Below, piece by piece: positions 41,196 through 50,694 of a stretch of DNA of 64,000 nucleotides. Source of the DNA: Candidatus Micrarchaeia archaeon. GTDB lineage: Bacteria > Chloroflexota > Dormibacteria > Aeolococcales > Bog-877. Below the pieces are notes generated by a model, which was not told the DNA's origin, ran no database searches, and saw only the letters and a list, made by a program, of their open reading frames with translations. The stretch's first letter is position 1, and each line of letters starts with the position of its first letter. The DNA lies in contig DATLUG010000006.1 in assembly GCA_035533215.1 (NCBI GenBank), positions 3,958 through 67,957 on the forward strand, written 5' to 3'. The translations under genes were made by a program, and so were the position numbers.

Positions 41196-42032
41196 CTACC
41201 CCATCCCGGCGGCGCGCGCCGCCACGAGCAGCTCGGCGTGGACGGGCGGGCTGCCGGCGAGGACGTCCCCGCTCGCGAGGGCACGAGCCGCGTCGCCGCC
41301 GCCCCAGTCGCCCGCCCGGCCGCCCGCCTCCAGCACGAGGAGGATGCCCGCCGCGATGTCCCAGGGACGCAGTCCCAGCTCGAAGAAGCCGTCGAAGACC
41401 CCCTCCGCCGTCAGGGCCAGGTCGACCGACGCCGCGCCCGCCCGCCGTCCGTCCTCCACCCGGCCGAGGACCTCGGCCAGCATGCGCAGGTATCCCGCCC
41501 GGCGCGTGGGCGCCTTGAACGGGAAGCCGGTCGCCACCACCGCCTCGCCCGGCGGCCTGGTCCCCACCTGGAGCCGGGCCCCCGACTCGTCGTGGGCCCC
41601 GCCGCCGAGGTATCCCCGCCAGCTCCGCCCCAGGAACGGCGCGCAGACGGCCCCGGCGACCGGGACCCCGCCCTCCAACAGGGCCACCGAGACCCCGACC
41701 ACGGGGAACCCGCGGCTGAAGTTGGTGGTCCCGTCCAGGGGGTCGACCAGCCAGCCGTCACGCGGGGGGGGACGGCCGTCGGGGTCGCCGGGGTCCACCT
41801 CCTCGGCCACGATGGCAAGGTCGGGGGTGGCGGCGGCGAGCACGGCGACGATGACCCGCTGGGCCTCGCGGTCCGTCGCGGTCACGTAGTCACCCGGTCC
41901 CTTGCGCTCGGTCGCCTGGCCGGAGCCCCCGGCCGCCCGCACCACCGCGGCCCCGGCTGCGGCCGCGTAGCGGGCGATCGCCGCCGCTCGACGCCAGCGC
42001 TGAGCGGCGCCGGTGTCCCGGTCGACGCTCAG
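41196..42032 (-). CDS. suhB: Inositol monophosphatase family protein (SuhB-like); probable CTG start
   Basis: DYVTATD, AEE, WLVDPLDGTTNF, RRAGAAS, PWDIAAG; first helix lies upstream of the first GTG (41945). Confidence 0.88.
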   Translation of the reverse strand: MSVDRDTGAAQRWRRAAAIARYAAAAGAAVVRAAGGSGQATERKGPGDYVTATDREAQRVIVAVLAAATPDLAIVAEEVDPGDPDGRPPPRDGWLVDPLDGTTNFSRGFPVVGVSVALLEGGVPVAGAVCAPFLGRSWRGYLGGGAHDESGARLQVGTRPPGEAVVATGFPFKAPTRRAGYLRMLAEVLGRVEDGRRAGAASVDLALTAEGVFDGFFELGLRPWDIAAGILLVLEAGGRAGDWGGGDAARALASGDVLAGSPPVHAELLVAARAAGMG

Positions 42033-42190
42033 CGTCGACCCCGCCCCCGCGGTGGCTCCCGGGACACCTTCTTCTTGTGCTTCTTGTCCTTGCGCTGGGG
42101 CTGGACCTGCCCGAGGGGAGGCGCCGCGGGGACGCTGGGGGGAGCCGGAGGCGGCGGCGGCGGGGCGGGCGTGCTGGGCTCCTGGCTCAC
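42029..42190 (-). CDS. Putative 53-aa small protein, Pro-rich then Lys/Arg-rich
   Basis: GAGGA RBS, GTG start, [53 protein letters not shown]; fills the sodX-suhB gap; AAG-rich run. Confidence 0.55.
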   Translation of the reverse strand: MSQEPSTPAPPPPPPAPPSVPAAPPLGQVQPQRKDKKHKKKVSREPPRGRGRR

Positions 42191-42194
42191 CCCG

Positions 42195-42683
42195 TCATCC
42201 TCGCAGATCGGCCCGGCCGGTGGGCGCGCCCCGGCGCCGGATGGCGTTCGGGTCGGCGCCGAGCCAGGTCGGCGGGAGGGGACGGAGCCGCAGTCGGGCG
42301 ACCGCCCGCAGGTGGTGCGCCGCCACCGGCCCGAACTCGTCGCTGTCGGTGCTGTGCAGGGGGTCGTCGCCGCCGAGCCAGTAGGCGGAGCCGTCCCTCG
42401 TCCGGGCGACGACGCGCTTGATCACCTCCAGCTCGGGCCGCTTCGGGTGGACGGCCACCACCACCATCCCCAGCCGGACCCCCCGCCTGGGCGGCGTCGA
42501 CACCACCACCCAGGCCCCTGCGGGGAGGAGGGGCGCCATGCTGGGGCCGAGCACCCGCACCCACGACGGCCGCCAGCGCCACCCGCCCCACCCCGCCAGG
42601 GTGAGGAGTGCCACCGCCGGGACCCGTCCGATCCCCCATCCGCGGCGGCCACCGCGGATGGGGGCGGGTGTGCCGCTCGTCAT
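42195..42683 (-). CDS. sodX: Nickel-SOD maturation protease (S26 family)
   Basis: GPSMAP (Ser), VIKRV (Lys), WLGGDD...STDSDEFGPV; divergent from sodN. Confidence 0.88.
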   Translation of the reverse strand: MTSGTPAPIRGGRRGWGIGRVPAVALLTLAGWGGWRWRPSWVRVLGPSMAPLLPAGAWVVVSTPPRRGVRLGMVVVAVHPKRPELEVIKRVVARTRDGSAYWLGGDDPLHSTDSDEFGPVAAHHLRAVARLRLRPLPPTWLGADPNAIRRRGAPTGRADLRG

Positions 42684-42735
42684 CGGCGAATGGTACGGTT
42701 CGACCAGCGTCCGAGGGAGACAGGAGGCTCATCCC

Positions 42736-43155
42736 ATGCTGACCGCGCTGCGTGCACGGCTCTCGCCGCGCCGCGTCGTCCATGCCCACTGCGACATCCC
42801 CTGCGGGATCTACGACCCCCACGAGGCCCAGCTGGCGGCGCAGACGGTGGAGACCATGGTCACCAAGCTGCAGGCCCTGCCCAACGACAACTCGGAGTCG
42901 GCGCGCAACAGCTTCACCCGCATGGTGGCGGTCAAGGAGGCCCACGCCGAGCGGGTCAAGCGCGAGGTGCTGATCATCTGGGGCGACTACATGAAGCCCG
43001 AGCACCTCGCCGCCGCTCCCGACCTGCACGACATGGTGTGGAAGACGGTCAAGCTGGCGTCCGCCTGCAAGCAGTCGATCGATGCCGGCACGGCGGCGGA
43101 GCTGCGGCGCGCGGTGGACGAGTTCGCCCGGGTGTTCGCGGCGACCAAGAAGTAG
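42736..43155 (+). CDS. sodN: Nickel superoxide dismutase precursor
   Basis: 17-aa propeptide then Ni-hook HCDIPCGIYDP; WGDYMKP; AGGAGG RBS. Confidence 0.97.
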   Translation: MLTALRARLSPRRVVHAHCDIPCGIYDPHEAQLAAQTVETMVTKLQALPNDNSESARNSFTRMVAVKEAHAERVKREVLIIWGDYMKPEHLAAAPDLHDMVWKTVKLASACKQSIDAGTAAELRRAVDEFARVFAATKK

Positions 43156-43194
43156 CGGCGGCGGCGGTCGCCGGTCCCGGCTCCCGCGGCGGCC

Positions 43195-44478
43195 TCAGCC
43201 GATCGGCACCGGGGACCAGCTGCCGCCCCCGTCGCCGGTTCGGTAGACGACGGCCGCCGCGCTGCCGCCGGGCAGGCTGACGCCGTTGGCGATCGCCCAC
43301 CCGGAGCCGGCGACGAAGGTCACCCGGAGGATCCCGGAGCCGGCCGCCACCGCTCCCGCGGCGATCGCCGGGGTCCAGCTGCGGCCGCCGTCACGGCTGA
43401 CGACGAGGGTGCCGCGGCCGAGGGCCATCCAGCCGACCCCGGGGCCGGTCAGCGCCAGCTGGTCGAGGTAGCCGCCCGCGGGCACCCGCCCCTGGGCGGC
43501 CGGCACCCCGGCGGCGGCGGGGCCGCTCGACCCCGCCAGCGTCCAGCTGCTGCCGCCGTCGGCAGAGGTGTAGATCGCCTTGGCCTGGCTGCCCGCCGCC
43601 TCCTGGCCAACACACCCCAGCCAGACCGTGGCCGACCCGTAGGCGGCGAGCGGATCGGCGCTGCCGGCGGGCGGTGTCGGGCAGGGGTCGGCCCGTCGCA
43701 CCCACGTGCTCCCGCCGTCCGCGGTCGCGTAGATGAGGAGCGCGGTGCCGCTCCCGCCCGCGGTGGGGACGACGGCCTCGATCCAGGCGTCGCCGCCCCC
43801 GGTGGCGGTGAGAGCGGCCGCCATGCCGTCGACCGACGGCAGGCCCGCCACCGGGCTCCAGCTCCCGCCCCCCAGCGGCGCGCTCTCCAGCACCAGCGGG
43901 CACGCCCCCCCGGCACCCGCCCCGCCGCAGTCGGCCTGGACCGCCCACACGTCGGCGCCCACCGCGGCCAGCGCCAGCACCGGCCCGGTCGTGGCGACCC
44001 GGGTCCAGGTGGCGGCGCCGTCGCTGGTGGCGAAGAGCCCGGGCCCCCACAGCCAGCCGTCCTGCGGGTTGGCGAACGTGATCCGGGACACGCTGTCCGC
44101 CGACTCGCCGGGGACGGCGCTGACCGACGTGCTGCCGACGGCGGCCACCGGCGCCGGTGCCGCCCGCCAGTGGCCGCCTCCGTCGGCGGTGGCGAGCGTG
44201 ACCGCCAGGCAGCTCTGGGCCGCCCGACAGTTCTCGCCGAGGGCGAACCCCAGCGTGGGCGAGACGAAGCTGACGTCGGTGAGCTGGATCCCGGCCGGGA
44301 TCGTGGCGCTCGCGGTCGGGGTGGGGCGGGGCCGGGTCGGCGTCGGCGTGGCGGTGGCGCGAGCGGTCGCGTGCGGGGTGGGCGCCGGTCGGCGGGCGGG
44401 GGCGGCGCCGCAGGCGGCGAGCGCGACCACGGCGGCGGCGAGCGCGGCAGCGTCGCGGAAACGAACCGGGTGGCCCAC
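43195..44478 (-). CDS. Lipoprotein with BNR/Asp-box beta-propeller repeats
   Basis: Lipobox LAAC, Pro/Thr linker, six xxDGGxxW-type repeats (ATADGGGHW, ATSDGAATW, ATADGGSTW, TSADGGSSW, VSRDGGRSW, RTGDGGGSW). Confidence 0.8.
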   Translation of the reverse strand: MGHPVRFRDAAALAAAVVALAACGAAPARRPAPTPHATARATATPTPTRPRPTPTASATIPAGIQLTDVSFVSPTLGFALGENCRAAQSCLAVTLATADGGGHWRAAPAPVAAVGSTSVSAVPGESADSVSRITFANPQDGWLWGPGLFATSDGAATWTRVATTGPVLALAAVGADVWAVQADCGGAGAGGACPLVLESAPLGGGSWSPVAGLPSVDGMAAALTATGGGDAWIEAVVPTAGGSGTALLIYATADGGSTWVRRADPCPTPPAGSADPLAAYGSATVWLGCVGQEAAGSQAKAIYTSADGGSSWTLAGSSGPAAAGVPAAQGRVPAGGYLDQLALTGPGVGWMALGRGTLVVSRDGGRSWTPAIAAGAVAAGSGILRVTFVAGSGWAIANGVSLPGGSAAAVVYRTGDGGGSWSPVPIG

Positions 44479-44559
44479 CTTGACGACTCCCAACCCCGAA
44501 GACCGGCGACGGCGAGGCAGCGGCCGTCGATCCTCCACCTCGGTCCGTAGACTGACAGC

Positions 44560-45207
44560 ATGACCCCTCCCACCGCGGCCGTGACCGAGCACGTTCGGTT
44601 CCACGTCGACCCCCTCTGCCCGTGGGCGTGGGTGACCTCGCGGTGGATCGTCAGGGTCGCAGCCCAGGAGCCGGTCCGGGTCGACTGGGCGCTCTTCGCC
44701 CTCTCCGAGATCAACCGGGACAACGAGGCGACGGCCGCCCGCCAGCGGGCGGCGAGCGGCCGCGCCCTCCAGCTCCTCGCGCTCGTCCGCGAGACCGGCG
44801 GGCAGCCCGCGATCGGCCGCCTGTACACGGCGCTCGGCGAGGCCCGCCACACCCGTGGGGAGGCGCTCGCGGACGACCAGACCCTCAGCGCCGCCCTCGC
44901 CGAGGCTGGGCTCGGTGCCGCCCTGCTGGGCCGTGCCGACCGCGAGGCCGACCGTCTCTGGGAGATCGTCCTCGAAGACCACCGGGCGGCGGTCGATCGC
45001 TGCGGGGCGTTCGGCGTGCCGACTCTCATCCTCGACGGGGGGGCCGGTCCCGGGATGTTCGGCCCCGTGGTCAGCCCGGTGCCCGACGACGCCGAGTCGG
45101 TGGAGCTCTTCCGGGATGTGGTTCGCTGCCTGCGCCGCCCGTACCTCTTCGAGCTCAAGCGCGAGCGCGGCGAGACCAGGGCCCTCGTGTCCGACCCCTC
45201 GGGGTAG
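44560..45207 (+). CDS. DsbA-family thioredoxin-fold protein (Rv2466c-like)
   Basis: FHVDPLCPWAWVTSRW, FGVPTL, FGPV, FELKR. Confidence 0.82.
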   Translation: MTPPTAAVTEHVRFHVDPLCPWAWVTSRWIVRVAAQEPVRVDWALFALSEINRDNEATAARQRAASGRALQLLALVRETGGQPAIGRLYTALGEARHTRGEALADDQTLSAALAEAGLGAALLGRADREADRLWEIVLEDHRAAVDRCGAFGVPTLILDGGAGPGMFGPVVSPVPDDAESVELFRDVVRCLRRPYLFELKRERGETRALVSDPSG

Positions 45208-45283
45208 GCAGGAGGGCCGGGCTCCTCCGATCCCGCGCGCCAGGGTCGCGCGGCCGGTTCGCGTATTGCCGCACCCGGCTCGC

Positions 45284-45530
45284 TCAGGCCGCCAGACGCG
45301 CTGGCGCCGGCGTGGGGACGACCGGCACCGGGATCTCCGCCCGCCTCGCCCACGGTCGGGTGACGGACCCCAGGAGGAACGCCCGGGCGTCCCGATCAGC
45401 CAGCCCGGCAGCGGCGGCGCCCCCGGAGCGCCGGCCCGATGGGCGGGAGGTCCGGACGTGGGCGCCAGTCAGACAGCCGGCGACTCGGCGGAGCGGCCGT
45501 GACAGCGCAGCGCGCCTCCCGCGCCAGCCG
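45284..45530 (-). pseudogene. Remnants of a tandem universal stress protein (USP)
   Basis: RLAREARCAVTAAP right after the lipid kinase stop and AFLLGSVTRPWARRAEIPVPVVP before TGA 45284-45286; both resemble the USP C-terminal LGSV...A.CPV.VV motif. Confidence 0.5.
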
Positions 45531-46511
45531 TCAGGACGCCCCTCCGAGGGTCGAGCTCGCCCCGCCGGACTCGACGCAGACGGTGAGCACCCGGGGCCGG
45601 ATGGTGACGGTCAGCCGATCGGAGGGCGCGATCAGATCGCCGTCGACCTCGCGGGGCTGGACATGGTCGGCGACCAGTTGCACCTCGGCGGCCGCGAAGG
45701 TCTCGACCGGTGGCGCACCGGGGCGGCGCACCACCGCCGCCAGCAGGCGGACCCAGTCGCGCAGTCCGTGCGGCGCGATCAGGACCACGTCCAGCCGCCC
45801 GTCATCCGGACGCGCACCCGGCACCAGGGCCAGGCCGCCCGGAAGGCGCCCGACGTTGGCAACGACGACCGCCCGGACGCGCCGGACGATGGTGGTCGTG
45901 CGATCCAGGGTCAGCGACACGGCGAAGTGGGGCTCGTGCAGGTGGCGGAGCACCGCGAGACCGTACGCCGGCCAACCGATCAGCCGCTTCACCCTGGAGG
46001 ACGTGACCGCGAGCATCTGGGCGTCGAGGCCGATCCCGGCGGCGACGGTGAACGCCTGACCGTCCGCGACGCCGAGGTCGATGCGGCGACGGCCGCCCCT
46101 CGTCGCGAGCCGCACCAACGCGGTGACGTCGCGGGGCAGGCCGAGGTTGCGGGCGAGGACGTTGCCGGCTCCGAAGGGAAGCGCCGCCAGGACGGTCTCG
46201 GTGTCGGCCAGCTCGGCTGCCACCGCGCCAATCGTGCCGTCACCGCCGCCGACGAAGACCACCTCGGCACCGGCGTCGATCGCGAGGCGGGCCTGGCTGC
46301 CGCCCGGGTCCTCGACGCTCGTCTCCAGCCATACCGGCTCGGGCCAGCCGTCCTGGGCGAGCACGGTCTGGACCAGCCGCCGGAGCGCCGCCGGATCTGC
46401 CACCCGGGCGGGGTTGATCACGACCGCGCTCGTCCGTGGGACCACGTGGCGGCCCGCCCCGGATGTGGCGCGCCGACCGGGCGACCGGCGCGCGCCGGGG
46501 TCGATGGTCAC
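45531..46511 (-). CDS. Diacylglycerol/lipid kinase family protein (DAGK_cat); start uncertain
   Basis: VVINP, GGGDGTI, PFGAGNVLARNL, AGIGLDA, DDGRLD, EVDGD. Confidence 0.88.
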   Translation of the reverse strand: MTIDPGARRSPGRRATSGAGRHVVPRTSAVVINPARVADPAALRRLVQTVLAQDGWPEPVWLETSVEDPGGSQARLAIDAGAEVVFVGGGDGTIGAVAAELADTETVLAALPFGAGNVLARNLGLPRDVTALVRLATRGGRRRIDLGVADGQAFTVAAGIGLDAQMLAVTSSRVKRLIGWPAYGLAVLRHLHEPHFAVSLTLDRTTTIVRRVRAVVVANVGRLPGGLALVPGARPDDGRLDVVLIAPHGLRDWVRLLAAVVRRPGAPPVETFAAAEVQLVADHVQPREVDGDLIAPSDRLTVTIRPRVLTVCVESGGASSTLGGAS

Positions 46512-46813
46512 GGATTGCCACCCCGGGGGCGCCCACGCCCGAAGGACAGCGGAGACGGCCCGACGTGATGGATGCCCCGTGCCTCCTCCGCCCGTCCCTG
46601 CTTCCGCCCCGGCGCAGGGTGCTCCCGGCCCGCCCCGATCGCGCCGCGCGCCGGCTCGATGCGGGGCCGTCGTCCGATCGGCGGTCGCGAGCCAGATGCG
46701 AGGCCGCCGCGGCGACCCGGCGGTCGCCGGAATCCCATGGTCGTGGTGCTCGACCGAACGATGGTGGGCTCGGCCGCGGTCGTTCCGGCGCGCGAGTCGC
46801 CGGCCGACCTGGG

Positions 46814-47430
46814 TCAGTGCACCGAGTACCAGACCCACGGCCGCGGGAGTGGGGCCTGCGGCGGCCGACGGTCGCGCGGGCGTCGCGCCACCCCTTCGGC
46901 CCCGCCCACGGCTGCGAGCATCCGCGACGCCGCCGCCGGCGGTCCCTCCCGTCGGGTCAGCTGAGCCAGCACGGTCCGCTGCGCATCGAACACGGCATCC
47001 TGCAGCCGGCTGATGCTCGGGCGCCTGAGAGCGGTCGTCGCCGCCAGGCTGACGGCCACCCACCTCACCTCCTCCGTCCGCAGGCGCTCGATCACGTGCA
47101 TCGGAGCCCGTTCCAGCCCGGCCAGTCGAGCCTCCTCCAACTCGGACAGGACGAGGTCCAGATGGAGCAGCGCTCGCCGACACCATCTGTGCCATACGTC
47201 GGTCCCCGCGGTGGCGGCCGCCACCGCGGGACGCTCGGCGGGAGCCCGGCCGGTCAGCCCGGCCGGCGGGTGGCCGCCCCAGCCCGACGAGGTCCCGGCG
47301 GCCCCGTCGGCCGCCGGGAGGGAGGACGGCGGAGAGCTGGCGCGAGCCGCCCCAGCATCGATGACCGGAGCGCCCACGGGCCGGTGCAGCGGCCGGGGGA
47401 GCGTCAGCCACGGGGTCGGGTCGGGTCGCA
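46814..47430 (-). CDS. Hypothetical protein (start uncertain)
   Basis: Plausible helical segment WCRRALLHLDLVLSELEEARLAG...SISRLQDAVFDAQRTVL with non-shadow composition. Confidence 0.4.
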
Positions 47431-47568
47431 TCGCCACCCTCCACCCGCAGCGCCGGAGAAGCCGAACCACTTGCCACAGCGGGCCAGACAACCCGATACT
47501 ACCGGCCGGATCGGCCGTGGTCGGTACGGTGGCGAACGGATGACCGGCCGGGGCGGACGGAGGCTGGA

Positions 47569-48294
47569 ATGGCACGGAACGGAACGTCGGGCGCGGTGGC
47601 GGAGCGCGGCAACCGGATCCTCCAGGCCCTGGATCCACATGACCGGGTCGAGCTGGAGGCGCGCCTTGCCGCCGTGTTCCTCAAGGTGAAGACGGTCCTC
47701 TACGAACCGGGCGAGCCGGTGGACTCTGTGTGCTTCCCGATCGATGCCGTGATCTCGCTGGTCACCCCGCTCGAGGACGGGGCGATCGTGGAGGTGGCCA
47801 CCGTGGGCAACGAGGGGTTGGTCGGCGTCCCGGCGGTGCCGGGGGGAGCGTTCGCGGTCCGGGCCATCACCCAGGTGGCGGGGCGGGCGCTCACCATGGG
47901 CATCAGCCCCTTCCTCGATTCCATCAAGCGCACCCCGCCTCTCGCCGCGCTGGTGGATCGCTACGTGCAGGCCCTCTTCGGCCAGATCTCCCAGGCAGCG
48001 GCGTGCAATCGCCTCCATTCCAACGAGGAGCGCCTCAGCCGCTGGCTGCTGATGAGTCACGATCGGGTCGGGGTGGATTCGTTCCTCATCACCCAGGAGT
48101 TCCTCGGCCAGATGCTGGGCTCGCGGCGGGCGACCGTCACGCTGTCGGCGGGCATCCTTCAGCGGGCCGGACTCATCCGATACCACCGCGGCCACGTCGA
48201 GATCGTCAATCGCGACGGGCTGGAGGCGACCGCGTGCGAGTGCTACCAGGTGATCCAGTCGGAGCTGTCCCGGGTCACACCGGCGCTCGCCTGA
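47569..48294 (+). CDS. Crp/Fnr family transcriptional regulator
   Basis: EVATVGNEG, AACNRLHS.EERLSRWLL, TQEFLGQMLG.RRATVT HTH, LEATACECY. Confidence 0.92.
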   Translation: MARNGTSGAVAERGNRILQALDPHDRVELEARLAAVFLKVKTVLYEPGEPVDSVCFPIDAVISLVTPLEDGAIVEVATVGNEGLVGVPAVPGGAFAVRAITQVAGRALTMGISPFLDSIKRTPPLAALVDRYVQALFGQISQAAACNRLHSNEERLSRWLLMSHDRVGVDSFLITQEFLGQMLGSRRATVTLSAGILQRAGLIRYHRGHVEIVNRDGLEATACECYQVIQSELSRVTPALA

Positions 48295-48981
48295 CGGGGC
48301 CAGCTCCGGGAGCTGGGGTGGACCGCGCCGAGGCCCTCACCTCTGGACGACCTCCGGCCTCGCGGGCCGGCTCCCCCCGGTCCGGCCGGACCGCATGACC
48401 AGGGGGCCGCGTCTCCAGGCCCGTCTCAGCGCCGACCCCGCCGGCGCGGTGGGCGCGGACTCGGGGCCGGCGATCGCGAGGGCGGCTCACCGACTGCGGC
48501 CACGCCGAGCACGTGATCTCGCGGCGCGGGGCCGACCCGCATCGAGATCGACCCTCGGCGCGCTCGTCCGGGAGTGAGGCGCTGGCGTCGGGCGGCGCGA
48601 TCCAGGCGCAGGCCGACGCCGGCGGGGACTCCGAGACCGGTCGGCGCGAGGGGCGAGCGGGTCACCGGGCACCGGGCACACCCGCCGTCGCGGTGCCCGC
48701 CATCCTCGGCGCCGGGATCCTGGCGTCGCCTGCGGTCCGCGGGGTCGGCGCCGAGGCTGCGATCGCCTCCACCCTCGCCGCGTGCGGATCGAGCCGCGCG
48801 ACGACCCCCGGCCGATCCCGGACCGGCACCAGCGGGGCGACTCGTCGGCAGTCGCACCCCGTCGCCCATCTCCCGACCACCGCGGTCCCCGTGAGGGCAC
48901 GGCGCCGCCTGCCGTCGGGCCGCCATCACCGGCACCGCCGCCTTCTCTCCGCTTCGCCACGCGCGGCGGGCCGCCGAGACC

Positions 48982-50694
48982 TCAGGGAGCTGGGGGCGGA
49001 ACGCCGCCGTAGGCGACCGTGAAACCGAGGACACCGCTGGAGTTCCCCGCCAGCGTGGATGGCGTCGAGACCTGGGCACCGCCCTGGACCATGACCACCT
49101 CCTGCCAGGCCGCCACCGGCCCTCCCAGCCGAAGGTTGCTGAACGTCACAGCCGGAGCATAGTCGCCCACCGTACTCTGCGCGCCGTTGACGTTCGGCGC
49201 CTCCAGGATCCACTCGGCCGATGTGAGTGGGCCGCCGTACGTCTGGTCGATGGTGAAGCTCTGACCGGTGGTGTTGTCGGAAACGGCGATCTGCCACACG
49301 GATCCGCTCACCTGGTCGATGGCGACCGTCACCGTGTCGTTCGGAGCAACCACCATCGTCGGGATCGGAGTGGATGGGGCCGGGAGGATCTCCCACCACG
49401 GCCAGATCGTGTACATGTTCGTACTGGCGACGTACGCCTCGGTGACGCCGGCCTGGATCAGGGCGGAGTCCGAGCACGGTCCCGTGACCCCGACGCAGTC
49501 GCCATCGATGCCGACCCACTCCGCCGTGTCCGTGTTCGTGGGGGAGGAGTAGATCGATGGAACGTTGAACGTCCCGGCGACGTGGGTGTAGGGACCGTCA
49601 CCCACAGCATAGCCAGACCAGTTGGAGCTCTGGAGCGTGGAGACCGTTCCCCCGGGCATCGGGGGCGTGGTGGCTGCCGGCGTCGGCGTCGGTGTCGCGA
49701 CCGGCGTCAGGGTCGGGGTCGGGGTCAGGGTCGGCGTCGGCGTCGCCGCGGGCGTCGGCGGCGGCGGCGCGGCGGGCGTCGGAGTGGAGGTCGGCGCCAC
49801 CGGCCTCCATGTCACCGTCACCGGCTGGGTCGCTGGCTCGAGCCGGCGACCGGAGGCGGCGTGCAGATAGGCCGCGAGCCGCCAGGTCCCCGGCGAACGC
49901 CCGGGGGACGAGATCATCCACTGGCAGTTCGCCGTGCACCGCTGGCTCGGCGTCGGAGTGAGGCTGACCCGGTCGGTCAGATCCCACAAGACGGCGTAGG
50001 CTCCAGCGGGCCAGCCCGAGCCATCGATACTGATTCCAGCGCGCCGACCAGCAGGGATCTCCTGGCTCGCAGGGCGGAGCCCAACCGTCAGTGCCACCGG
50101 CGGCGGGAGAATCCTCACCCGAGCTCGCTTGGTCGTCAGCCACCATGGCCGTCCGTTGGACGCGCGCGTGAGGGTCGCCCGCCGGAAGGCCGCGTACGTG
50201 AGCCGATCCCGGTGCGAGTCTGTCGCGGCGGCCTCCCACCAGCCGGCGGCGGTGCGCACCAGCGGGGCCACGAGCATGATCGCCCCCGCCGCGGAGTCGC
50301 GAAGCGAGTGGCAGCGGTACGTCATCGGCCGGCCGGCCACCGACATCCTCGATGGTTCGAATTGGCACGGGAGCCAACCGGCGGTGGGGCCCAGGAACAG
50401 CGCCACCCGGGTCGTGTGCGACGCGCGCTGGCCGAGCGCCGGCCACCAGGTCCCGTGGTCCTGCCAGTCGCGCGGAAGCGCTGCGCCGGGCAGCGTTCTG
50501 ACGGCCACCGACATCCGCGCCTGGCCCGAGGCACCGTGGTGCCGCTGGGCGGTCGTCGGCCCTCGGGGCGGCGGGGCCGTGGACCGAGTCGCCGCCAGCG
50601 CCAGCCCGGCTGTGGTTCCGGCCAAGCCGACGGACGCGGCCGCGGCCAGGGTGAGGAGTCGGCGGGTGGCCTGGGTCATGGGCATGCTCCGAGG
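48982..50694 (-). CDS. Secreted multidomain G1 glutamic peptidase (eqolisin family)
   Basis: Signal peptide (TRRLLTL...), unknown N-terminal domains, PT-repeat linker, SSNWSGY, WVGIDG, LIQAG, SAEWILEAP. Confidence 0.85.
   Translation of the reverse strand, partial: PRSMPMTQATRRLLTLAAAASVGLAGTTAGLALAATRSTAPPPRGPTTAQRHHGASGQARMSVAVRTLPGAALPRDWQDHGTWWPALGQRASHTTRVALFLGPTAGWLPCQFEPSRMSVAGRPMTYRCHSLRDSAAGAIMLVAPLVRTAAGWWEAAATDSHRDRLTYAAFRRATLTRASNGRPWWLTTKRARVRILPPPVALTVGLRPASQEIPAGRRAGISIDGSGWPAGAYAVLWDLTDRVSLTPTPSQRCTANCQWMISSPGRSPGTWRLAAYLHAASGRRLEPATQPVTVTWRPVAPTSTPTPAAPPPPTPAATPTPTLTPTPTLTPVATPTPTPAATTPPMPGGTVSTLQSSNWSGYAVGDGPYTHVAGTFNVPSIYSSPTNTDTAEWVGIDGDCVGVTGPCSDSALIQAGVTEAYVASTNMYTIWPWWEILPAPSTPIPTMVVAPNDTVTVAIDQVSGSVWQIAVSDNTTGQSFTIDQTYGGPLTSAEWILEAPNVNGAQSTVGDYAPAVTFSNLRLGGPVAAWQEVVMVQGGAQVSTPSTLAGNSSGVLGFTVAYGGVPPPAP

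Noticed and set aside
48300-48980. Several short ORFs in the Crp-peptidase gap
   Set aside because: No recognisable motif or convincing RBS; may be decayed sequence but cannot be supported
49670-49790. Tandem GGCGTC/GGGGTC repeats
   Set aside because: They encode the Pro-Thr linker of the G1 peptidase
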